A stretch of DNA of 64,000 bases from the human T2T-CHM13v2.0 reference genome, Homo sapiens. Each line of letters starts with the position of its first letter. The stretch's first letter is position 1. The translations under genes and the position numbers were made by a program. Where the stretch lies: the NCBI RefSeq assembly GCF_009914755.1, contig NC_060940.1; one strand, given 5' to 3'. Below, in pieces: positions 15,101 through 27,800 of the stretch. A model generated the notes under the pieces. It did not search any database. It saw nothing but the letters and a program-made list of their open reading frames with translations, and was not told where the DNA came from.

Positions 15101-18100
15101 TTCGAGTCCATTTGATGATTCCACTCGTTTCCATTCCATGATGATTCCATTCCATTCCATTCAATGATTCCATTCGATTCCGTTTGATGATGATTTCATT
15201 CGAGTCCATTTGATGATTCCATTTGATTCCATTCGATGATGATTACATTCGACTCCATACGATGATTCCACTCAATTCCATATGATGATGATTCCATTCG
15301 ATTCCATTCGATGATTCCACTTGATTCCATTTACGATGATTCCATTTTATTCCATGTGATGATTCCATTCAGTTCTATTCAATGCTGTTTCCATTTGATT
15401 CCATTCCACCATGATTGCCTTTGATTCCATTCAATGACTCCATTCGGTTCCTTTTGATGATGATTCCGTTCGATTCCATTTCATTATTCCATTTGATTCC
15501 ATTGGATGAGTCCATTCGCTTACATTCGATGATTATTCCATTCGAGTGCATTAGATGATTCCATTCGAGTCCATTCGATGATTCCATTCGATTCCATTCG
15601 ATGTTGATTCTGTTCAAATACATTCGATGATTCCACTCGATTCCATTCGATGACTCCAGTTGATCCCATTCGATGATTTCCTTTGATTCCCTTTGATGAT
15701 CATTCCATTTGATTCAATTCGGTGATTTCATTTGATTCCATTCAGTGATGTTTCCATTCGACTCCATTCGATGATGATTCCATTCGACTCCATTCGATTA
15801 TGATTTCATTCAATTCCATTCGATAATGATTCCCTTCGAGTCCATTCGATGATTCCATTCGATTCCATTCAACGATGATTTGATTCGTGTCCATTCGATG
15901 ATTCCATTTGATTCCACTTGATGATGATTCCATTCGAGTCCATTTGATGATTCCATTCAATTCCATTCTCCGATGATTTCTTTTGAGCCCATTCAATGCT
16001 TCCACTCGATTCCATATGATGATGACTCCATTCGATGAAATTCGATGATGATTCCCTTTGATTCCATTCAAAGATGATTCCATTCTAGCCCATTCAATCA
16101 TTCCATTCGATTCTATTCAATGATGATTCCATTCATGTCGATTTGGTGAATCCATTTGACTTCATTTGATGATGATTCCTTTCAAGTTCATTAGATGATT
16201 CCATTCGATTCCATTTGATGATGATCCCATTGGAGTCCATTCAGTGATTCCATTCGTTTCCATTCCATGATGATTCCATTCCATTCCATTCAATGATTCC
16301 ATTCGATTCCGTTTGATGATGATTTCATTCGAGTCCATTTGATGATTCCATTGGATTCCATTCGATGATGATTCCATTCGAGTCCATTCGATGATTCTAT
16401 TCGAATCCATTTGATGATTTCTTTTGATTATAGTTGGTGATGATTCCATTGGAGTCCATTCAATGATTCCATTCGATTCCAATCGATGGTGATTCCATTA
16501 GAGTCCATTTAACGATTCCATTTGATTCCAGTCTCTGATGATTACATTCGAGTCCATACGATGATTCCACTCAATTCCATATGATGATGATTCCATTCTA
16601 TTCCATTCGATGATTCCATTCTATTCTATTCAATGGTGATTCCATTCGAGTACATTAGAAGATTCCATTCGATTCCATTCAATGATGATTCTATTTGTGT
16701 CCCTTAGATGGTTCCACATGATTCCATTTCATGATGATACTATTTGAGCCCATCCAATGATTCCCTTCGATTCCATTCGATGAGGATTCCATTCGATTCA
16801 ATTCATTGGTGATTCTATTCAATTCAATTCTTTGATTCCATTCCATTCCATTCGACAATGATTCCATTCGATTTCTTTCGATGATTCCACTCGATTCCAC
16901 TTGACATTGATTCCATTCGATTCCATTCAATGATTCCGTTTGATTCCAGTGGACGATGATTGCCGTCGATTCCATTCGATCACTCCATTCTATTCCATTT
17001 GATGATGATTACATTCGATTCCATTTGATGATTCCATCTGATTCTATTCGAGGATTCCATTTGATTCCATTCGATGATGATTCCATTCGAGTGCATTCGA
17101 TGATTTCATTCGAGTACATCCAATGATTCCATTCGAGTCCATTTGATGATTCCATTTGATTCCATTTGATTATGATTCTACTAGAGTCCATTCAATGACT
17201 CCATTCGAATCCATTCAACAATTCCATTCGAGGCCATTCGATGATTCCATTTCATGATTCCATTCGAGTCCATTTAATCATTACAGTCGAGTCCATTTGG
17301 TGATTCCACTGGATTTCTTTTGATAATGATACCATTCAATTACATTTGATGATGATCCCATTCAATTTCATTTGATGGTGATTCCATTAGAGTCCATTCG
17401 ATGATTTCATTCGAGTCCCTTCATTGATTCCATCCGATTTCATTGGATGATGACTCCATTCGAGTCCATTCGATGATTCCACTCGATTCCATTAGATGAT
17501 TCCATTGGAGTCCATTTGATTGTTCCATTCGATTCCATTCGATTCCTTTCGAAGATTATTCCATTTGAGTCCATTCGATGATGATTCCATTCCATTCCAT
17601 TCGATGATTCCGTTTGATTCCATTCGATGATTCCCTTCGATTCCATTGTTTGATGATTCCATTCCATTCCATTCAATGATTCCATTCGAATCTATTCCAT
17701 GATGATTCCTTTCGATTCCATTCGCTGATGTTTCCGTTCAATTCCATTCGATGATGATTCCATTCGATTCCATTCATTGAGGATTCCATTTGATTCCATT
17801 CAATGATGATTCCATTCTATTCCATTCAATGATTGCATTCAATTCCATTCAATGATTATCCCATTAGAGTAAACTCAACGATTCCATTCAATACCATTCG
17901 ATGATGATTCCTTTTGAGTCCATTCAATGATTTCATTCAAGTCCATTTGATGATTCCTTTCAATTCCATTCTATGATGATTCCATTCGAGTCCATTCGAT
18001 GATTCCATTCGATTGCATTCGATGATTCCATTATATTCCATTCAACGATGATTCCATTCGAGTCCATTTGATGATTCCATTAGAGTACATTTAATGATTG

Positions 18101-19345
18101 CTTTGTTTTCAATTCGAAGATGATTACATTCGATTCCATTCTATGATACCATTCGATTCCATTCAATGATGATTCCTCTCAAATCCATTGGATGATTCCA
18201 TTCGTGTCCATTCGGTGATTTCATTAGATTCCATTCGAGGATGATTCCATTCGATTCCATTCGATGATTCCATTCAATTCCATTCGATGATGATTCCATT
18301 CCAGTCCATATGATCATTCCATTTGATTTCATTCGATGATGATTCCATTCGATTCCATTCGATGATTCCATTCTATTCCATTCGATGATGATTCCATTCG
18401 AGTCCATTCGATGATTCCATTCGAGTCCATTTAATGATTCCATTGGGTTCAATTCAATGATGATTACATTGGATTCCGTTCTATGATTCCATTCAATTCC
18501 GTTCATTGACTATTTGATTCCATTCGATGATGATTCCATTTGAGTTCATTCGATGATTCTATTCGATTCTCTTCGATGGTGATTCAATTCTATTATATTG
18601 GATGATTCCATTCGATTCCATTTGATGTTGATTCAATTCGATTCTATTCGATGATGATTCCATTGGATTTCACTTGATGATTCTATTCGATTCCATTCAA
18701 TGATGATTCACTTCTCGTCCATTGGATGATTCCATTTCATTCCATTCGATGATGATTCCATTCGATTCCATTCGATGATTCCATTTGATTCCATGCGTCG
18801 GTGAGCAATTCGATTCAATTCCATGATGATTCTATTTGATTCAATTAGATGATGTTTCCATTCGAATCCATTCCATGATTATTCCATTGGAATCCATTCG
18901 GTGATGATTCCATATGAGTCAATTCAATGATGATTCCATATGGGTCCGTTCGATGATAATTCCATTTGATTTCATTCGGTGCTTCTATTCAATTCCAGTC
19001 GATGATGATTCCGTTGGAGTCCATACGATGATTCCATTTGATTTCATTTGATGATGATTCCATTCGATGATGATTACATTGGATTCCATTCTATGATTCC
19101 ATTCAATTCCATTCGTTGATGATTCGATTCCATTCAATGATGATTCTATTTGAGTTCATTCGATGATTCTATTCGATTCCGTTCGATGGTGATTCAATTC
19201 TCTTATATTGGATGAATCCACTCGATACCATTTGATGATTATTCCATTGGAGTCCACTTAGTGAATCCTTCAGATTCTACTCGAAGATGATTCCATTCAA
19301 GTCCATTCGATGATACCATTCAATTCCATTCGTTGATGCTTCCAT
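12194..19345 (+). repeat. 7152-bp expanded variant unit, second copy of the 1047-8064 unit
   Basis: Identical or near-identical ORF series at offsets 11160 (1519/12679, 2906/14066) and 11330 (5361/16691, 6110/17440). It differs from the 7018-bp unit by +13, +170 and -49 bp. Confidence 0.9.
13696..16598 (+). repeat. Internal tandem duplication, second copy (arms 13696-15299 and 15300-16598)
   Basis: Same junction as 4140 at 15300 (offset 11160); ORF pairs 13771/15375 and 14066/15742. Confidence 0.87.
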
Positions 19346-22300
19346 TCAAGTGCATTCGATGATATCATTCGATTCCATTTGATGATAATTCCATTTGATT
19401 CCATGCGATGATTCTATTCGATTCCATTCAATGATAATTCCATTCAGTTCAGTGATTCCTCTGGACTCCATTTGATGATGATTCCATTCAATGATTCCAT
19501 TTGATTCTATTCGAAAATGATTCCATTTGAATCCATTTGATGATGATTCCATTAGATTCCATTTGATGATTCCATTCGATTCCATGCGACGATGATTCCA
19601 TTCGATTCCATTTGATGATTCCATTCTATTCTATTCGATGATGATTCCATTCGATTCCATTCGATGATGATTGGATTCGATTCCATTTGATGATTTCATT
19701 TGATTCCATTCGTTAATGATTTCGATCAATTCCATTCGATGATTCCATTCGATTCCATTCGATAATGATTACATCCGTGTCCATTCAATGATTCCATTTG
19801 AGCCTGTTCGATAATTCCATTTGTGTCCAACCAATGATTCCATTCATTTCCATTCAATGATTCCATTCGAGTCCATTTGATCATTCCGGTAGGGTCCATT
19901 CGATGTTGATTCCATTGGAGTGCATTCGATGATTCCATTCGAGTCCATTTTATGATTTGATTCGAGTCCTTTCGATGATTCCATTCGATTCCACTCGATG
20001 ATGATTTCATTCGAGTCCATTCGACACTTCCAATCGATTCCATTTGATGTTTCCATTCGAGTCCAATTGATGATTCCATTCAATTCCATTCGATGATGAT
20101 TCCGTACGATTCCATTCTGTGATGATTCCATGTGATTGCATTCAATGATGATTCCTTTAGATTGCATTCGATTGTGATTCATTTCGTCTTCATTCTATGG
20201 TTCCACAGGTTTCCATTCGTGTCCATTCCATTATTCCATTCTATTCCATTTGATGATGATTCCATTCGATTCCATTCATTGGTGATTCCACTCAATTCCA
20301 TTCAATGATTCCATTCCATTTCTTTCAACAATGATTCCATTAGTTTCTAATCGATGATCCACTTGATTCCATTTGACGACGCTTCCATTCTTGTCCATTC
20401 GATGATTCCATTTGATTCCATATGATGATGATTCCATTCGATTCCATACCATGATGATTCCATTCGAGTCCATTCAATGGTGATTCCATTCAATTCCATT
20501 CGATGATTCCTTTCGATTCCATTCGATGATGATGGCATTCGATTCCTTTCAATCATTCCCTTTGATTCCATTCAAAGGTGATTTCATTCAAGTCCATTCG
20601 ATAATTGCATTCGATTCCATTCTATGATGATTCCATTCGAGTCCATTTGATGATTCCATTCAATTCAAGTCAATGATGATTCCATTCGATTCCATTCGAT
20701 GATTCCATTGGATTCCATTCGATGATGATTCCATTCAAATCCATTCGATAATTCAATTCAAGTCCATTCGATGATGATTAAAATGGAATCCATTCAAAGA
20801 TTCCATTCAGTTCCATTCGATGATTCCCTTAGATTCCATTCGATGATTCCACTTGATTTCATTTACGATGATTCCATTCGATTCCACGTGATGATTCCAT
20901 TCAATTCTATTCAATGCTGTTTCCATTTGATTCCATTCGACCATGATTGCCTTTGATTCCATTCAATGACTCCATTCGGTTCCTTTTGATGATGATTCCG
21001 TTCGATTCCATTTGATGATTCCATTTGATTCCATTGGATGAGTCCATTCGATTACATTCGATGATTATTCCATTCGAGTGCATTAGATGATTCCATTCGA
21101 GTCCATTCGATGATTCCATTCGATTCCATTCGATGTTGATTCTGTTCAAATCCATTCGATGATTCCACTCGATTCCATTCGATGACTCCAGTTGATCCCA
21201 TTCGATGATTTCCTTTGATTCCCTTTGATGATCATTCCATTTGATTCAATTCGGTGATTTCATTTGATTCCATTCAGTGATGTTTCCATTCGACTCCATT
21301 CGATGATGATTCCATTCGACTCCATTCGATTATGATTTCATTCAATTCCATTCGATAATGATTCCCTTCGAGTCCATTCGATGATTCCATTCGATTCCAT
21401 TCAACGATGATTTGATTCGTGTCCATTCGATGATTCCATTTGATTCCACTTGATGATGATTCCATTCGAGTCCATTTGATGATTCCATTCAATTCCATTC
21501 TCCGATGATTTCTTTTGAGCGCATTCAATGCTTCCACTCGATTCCATATGATGATGACTCCATTCGATGAAATTCGATGATGATTCCCTTTGATTCCATT
21601 CAAAGATGATTCCATTCTAGCCCATTCAATCATTCCATTCGATTCTATTCAATGATGATTCCATTCATGTCGATTTGGTGATTCCATTTGACTTCATTTG
21701 ATGATGATTCCTTTCAAGTTCATTAGATGATTCCATTCGATTCCATTTGATGATGATCCCATTCGAGTCCATTCAGTGATTCCACTCGTTTCCATTCCAT
21801 GATGATTCCATTCCATTCCATTCAATGATTCCATTCGATTCCGTTTGATGATGATTTCATTCGAGTCCATTTGATGATTCCATTTGATTCCATTCGATGA
21901 TGATTCCATTCGAGTCCATTCGATGATTCTATTCGAATCCATTTGATGATTTCTTTTGATTATAGTTGGTGATGATTCCATTGGAGTCCATTCAATGATT
22001 CCATTCGATTCCAATCGATGGTGATTCCATTAGAGTCCATTTAATGATTCCATTTGATTCCAGTCTCTGATGATTACATTCGAGTCCATACGATGATTCC
22101 ACTCAATTCCATATGATGATGATTCCATTCTATTCCATTCGATGATTCCATTCTATTCTATTCAATGGTGATTCCATTCGAGTACATTAGATGATTCCAT
22201 TCGATTCCATTCAATGATGATTCTATTTGTGTCCCTTAGATGATTCCACATGATTCCATTAGATGATGATACTATTTGAGCCCATCCAATGATTCCCTTC

Positions 22301-24887
22301 GATTCCATTCGATGAGGATTCCATTCGATTCAATTCATTGGTGATTGTATTCAATTCAATTCTTTGATTCCATTCCATTCCATTCGACAATGATTCCATT
22401 CGATTTCTTTCGATGATTCCACTCGATTCCACTTGACATTGATTCTCTTTGATTCCATTCAATGATTCCATTTGATTCCAGTGGATGATGATTGCCATCG
22501 ATTCCATTCGATCACTCCATTCTATTCCATTTGATGATGATTACATTCGATTCCATTTGACGATTCCATCTGATTCTATTCGAGGATTCCATTTGATTCC
22601 ATTCGATGATGATTCCATTCGAGTCCATTCGATGATTTCATTCGAGTACATCCAATGATTCCATTCGAGTCCATTTGATGATTCCATTTGATTCCATTTG
22701 ATAATGATTCTACTAGAGTCCATTCAATGACTCCATTGGAGTCCATTCAACAATTCCATTCGACTCCATTTGATGATTCCATTCGATTCCATTTGATGAT
22801 TCCATTCGAGTCCATTTAATCATTACAGTCGAGTCCATTTGGTGATTCCACCGGATTTCTTTTGATAATGATACCATTCAAATACATTTGATGATGATCC
22901 CATTCAATTTCATTTGATGATGATTCCATTAGAGTCCATTCGATGATTTCATTCGAGTCCCTTCATTGATTCCATCCGATTTCATTGGATGATGACTCCA
23001 TTCGAGTCCATTCGATGATTCCACTCGATTCCATTAGATGGTTCCATTGGAGTCCATTTGATTGTTCCATTCGATTCCATTCAATTCCTTTCGAAGATTA
23101 TTCCATTTGAGTCCATTCGACGATGATTCCATTCCATTCCATTCGATGATTCCGTTTGATTCCATTCGATGATTCCCTTCGATTCCTTTCTTTGATGATT
23201 CCATTCCATTCCATTCAATGATTCCATTCGAATCTATTCCATGATGATTCCTTTCGATTCCATTCGCTGATGTTTCCGTTCAATTCCATTCGATGATGAT
23301 TCCATTCGATTCCATTCATTGAGGATTCCATTTGATTCCATTCAATGATGATTCCGTTCTATTCCATTCAATGATTGCATTCAATTCCATTCAATGATTA
23401 TCCCCTTAGAGTAAACTCAACGATTCCATTCAATACCATTCGATGATGATTCCTTTTGAGTCCATTCAATGATTTCATTCAAGTCCATTTGATGATTCCT
23501 TTCAATTCCATTCTATGATGATTCCATTCGAGTCCATTCGATGATTCCATTAGATTGCATTCGATTATTCCATTATATTCCAGTCAACGATGATTCCATT
23601 CGAGTCCATTCGATGATTCCGTTAGAGTACATTTAATGATTGCTTTGTTTTCATTTCGAAGATGATTACATTGGATTCCATTCTATGATACCATTCGATT
23701 CCATTCAATGATGATTCCACTCAAATCCATTGGATGATTCCATTCGTGTCCATTCGGTGATTTCATTAGATTCCATTCGAGGATGATTCCATTCGATTCC
23801 ATTCGATGATTCCATTCAATTCCATTCGATGATGATTCCATTCCAGTCCATATGATCATTCCATTTGATTTCATTCGATGATGATTCCATTCGATTCCAT
23901 TCGATGATTCCATTCTATTCCATTCGATGATGATTCCATTCGAGTCCATTCGATGATTCCATTCGAGTCCATTTAATGATTCCATTGGGTTCAATTCAAT
24001 GATGATTACATTGGATTCCGTTCTATGATTCCATTCAATTCCGTTCATTGACAATTTGATTCCATTCGATGATGATTCCATTTGAGTTCATTCGATGATT
24101 CTATTCGATTCTCTTCGATGGTGATTCAATTCTATTATATTGGATGATTCCATTCGATTCCATTTGATGTTGATTCAATTCGATTCTATTCGATGATGAT
24201 TCCATTGGATTTCACTTGATGATTCTATTCGATTCCATTCAATGATGATTCACTTCTCGTCCATTGGATGATTCCATTTCATTCCATTCGATGATGATTC
24301 CATTCGATTCCATTCGATGATTCCATTTGATTCCATGCGACGGTGAGCAATTCGATTCAATTCCATGATGATTCTATTTGATTCAATTAGATGATGTTTC
24401 CATTCGAATCCATTCCATGATTATTCCATTGGAATCCAATCGGCGATGATTCCATATGAGTCAATTCAATGATGATTCCATATGGGTCCGTTCGATGATA
24501 ATTCCATTTGATTTCATTCGATGCTTCTATTCTATTCCAGTCGATGATGATTCCGTTGGAGTCCATACGATGATTCCATTTGATTTCATTTGATGATGAT
24601 TCCATTCGATGAGGATTACATTGGATTCCATTCTATGATTCCATTCAATTCCATTCGTTGCTGATTCGATTCCATTCAATGATGATTCCATTTGAGTTCA
24701 TTCGATAATTCTATTCGATTCCGTTCGATGGTGATTCAATTCTATTATATTGGATGATTCCACTCGATTCCATTTGATGATTATTCCATTGGAGTCCACT
24801 TAGTGAATCCTTTAGATTCTACTCGAAGATGATTCCATTCGAGTCCATTCGATGATACCATTCAATTCCATTCGTTGATGCTTCCAT
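19346..24887 (+). repeat. 5542-bp unit (canonical minus 570 bp)
   Basis: Anchor spacing 5542; deletion junction gatgaaattcgatgatgattccctttg at ~21572-21587. Confidence 0.9.
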
Positions 24888-27800
24888 TCAAGTGCATTCA
24901 ATGATATCATTCCATTCCATGTGATGATAATTCCATTTGATTCCATGCGATGATTCTATTCGATTCCATTCAATGATAATTCCATTCAATTCAGTGATTC
25001 CTCTGGACTCCATTTGATGATGATTCCATTCAATGATTCCATTCGATTCTATTCGAAAATGATTCCATTTGAATCCATTTGATGATGATTCCATTAGATT
25101 CCATTTGATGATTCCATTCGATTCCATTCGACGATGATTCCATTCGATTCCGTTTGATGATTCCATTCTATTCTATTCGATGATGATTCCATTCGATTCC
25201 ATTCGATGATGATTGGATTCGATTCCATTTGATGATTTCATTTGATTCCATTCGTTAATGATTTCGATCAATTCCATTCGATGATTCCATTCGATTCCAT
25301 TTGATAATGATTACATCCGAGTCCATTCGGTGATTCCCTTTGAGCCTGTTCGATAATTCCATTTGAGTCCAATCAATGATTCCATTCATTTCCATTCAAT
25401 GATTCCATTCGAGTCCATTTGATCATTCCGGTAGGGTCCATTCGATGTTGATTCCATTGGAGTGCATTCGATGATTCCATTCGAGTCCATTTTAGGATTT
25501 GATTCGAGTCCTTTCGATGATTCCATTCGATTCCACTCGATGATGATTTCATTCGAGTCCATTCGACACTTCCAATCGATTCCATTTGATGATTCCATTC
25601 GAGTCCAATTGATGATTCCATTCAATTCCATTCGATGATGATTCCGTACGATTCCATTCTGTGATGATTCCATGTGATTGCATTCAATGATGATTCCTTT
25701 CGATTGCATTCGATTATGATTCATTTCGTGTTCATTCTATGGTTCCACAGGTTTCCATTCGTGTCCATTCCATTATTCCATTCTATTCCATTTGATGATG
25801 ATTCCATTCGATTCCATTCATTGGTGATTCCACTCAATTCCATTCAATGATTCCATTCCATTTCTTTCAACAATGATTCCATTAGTTTCTAATCGATGAT
25901 CCACTTGATTCCATTTGACGACGATTCCATTCTTGTCCATTCGATGATTCCATTTGATTCCATATGATGATGATTCCATTCGATTCCATACCATGATGAT
26001 TCCATTCGAGTCCATTCAATGGTGATTCCATTCAATTCCATTCGATGATTCCTTTTGATTCCATTCGATGATGATGGCATTCGATTCCTTTCAATCATTC
26101 CCTTTGATTCCATTCAAAGGTGATTTCATTCAAGTCCATTCGATAATTGCATTCGATTCCATTCTATGATGATTCCATTCGAGTCCATTTGATGATTCCA
26201 TTCAATTCAAGTCAATGATGATTCCATTCGATTCCATTCGATGATTCCATTGGATTCCATTCGATGATGATTCCATTCAAATCCATTCGATAATTCAATT
26301 CAAGTCCATTCGATGATGATTCCAATCGAATCCATTCAAAGATTCCATTCAGTTCCATTCGATGATTCCCTTAGATTCCATTCGATGATTCCACTTGATT
26401 GCATTTACGATGATTCCATTCGATTCCATGTGATGATTCCATTCAATTCTATACAATGATGTCTCCATTTGATTCCATTCGACCATGATTGCCTTTGATT
26501 CCATTCAATGATTCCATTCGGTTACGTTTGATGATGATTCCGTTCGATTCCATTTGATGATTCCATTTGATTCCATTGGATGAGTCCATTCGATTACATT
26601 CGATGATTATTCCATTCGAGTGCATTAGATGATTCCATTCGAGTCCATTCGATGATTCCATTCGATTCCATTCGATGTTGATTCTGTTCAAATCCATTCG
26701 ATGATTCCACTCGATTCCATTCGTTGACTCCATTTGATCCCATTCGATGATTTCCTTTGATTCCCTTTGATGATCATTCCATTTGATTCAATTCGGTGAT
26801 TTCATTTGATTCCATTCAGTGATGTTTCCATTCGACTCCATTCGATGATGATTCCATTCGACTCCATTCGATTATGATTTCATTCAATTCCATTCGATAA
26901 TGATTCCCTTCGAGTCCATTCGATGATTCCATTCGATTCCATTCAACGATGATTTGATTCGTGTCCATTTGATGATTCCATTTGATTCCACTTGATGATG
27001 ATTCCATTCGAGTCCATTTGATGATTCCATTCAATTCCATACTCCGATGATTTCTTTTGAGCCCACTCAATGCTTCCACTCGATTCCATATGATGATGAC
27101 TCCATTCGATGAAATTCGATGATGATTCCATTCGCTTGCTTTCGATGATGATTCCACTTGAGGCCGTTAGAAGATTCTATTCAATTACATTCCATGACGA
27201 TTCCGTTCGAGTCCATTTGATGATTCCATTAGACTCCATTCGACGATGATTCCATTCGATGTTATTCGATGATTCCATTCGATCTCATTCGATGATGATT
27301 CCATTCAACTCCATTCGATGTTTCCATTCGAGTTCATTCTATTATTCCATTAGATTCCATTCGATGATGATTCCATTCGATTCCATTTGATGATTGCATT
27401 CTATTTCATTTGATGATGATTCCATTCGAGTCCACTCGATGATTCCATTCGAGTCCATTTAATGAATCCATTGGTTTCAATTCTATGATGATTACATTGG
27501 ATTCCATTCGTTGATGATTTCATTCGGTTCCATTCAATGATGATTCCATTCAATTCCTTTCAATGTTTCCATTCAATTCCATACGATGATTATTCCATTT
27601 GATTTGATTCGACAGTGAGCCATTCGATTCAATTCCATGATGATTCTATTTGATTCAATTGGTTGACATTTCCATTCGATTCCATTCGATGATGATTCCC
27701 TTTGATTCCGTTCAAAGATGATTCCATTCTAGCCCATTCAATCATTCCATTCGATTCTATTCAATGATGATTCCATTCATGTCGATTTGGTGATTCCATT

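Noticed and set aside
20771-20956. The only plus-strand ORF (61 aa)
   Set aside because: A chance stop-free frame in satellite sequence with no coding evidence.
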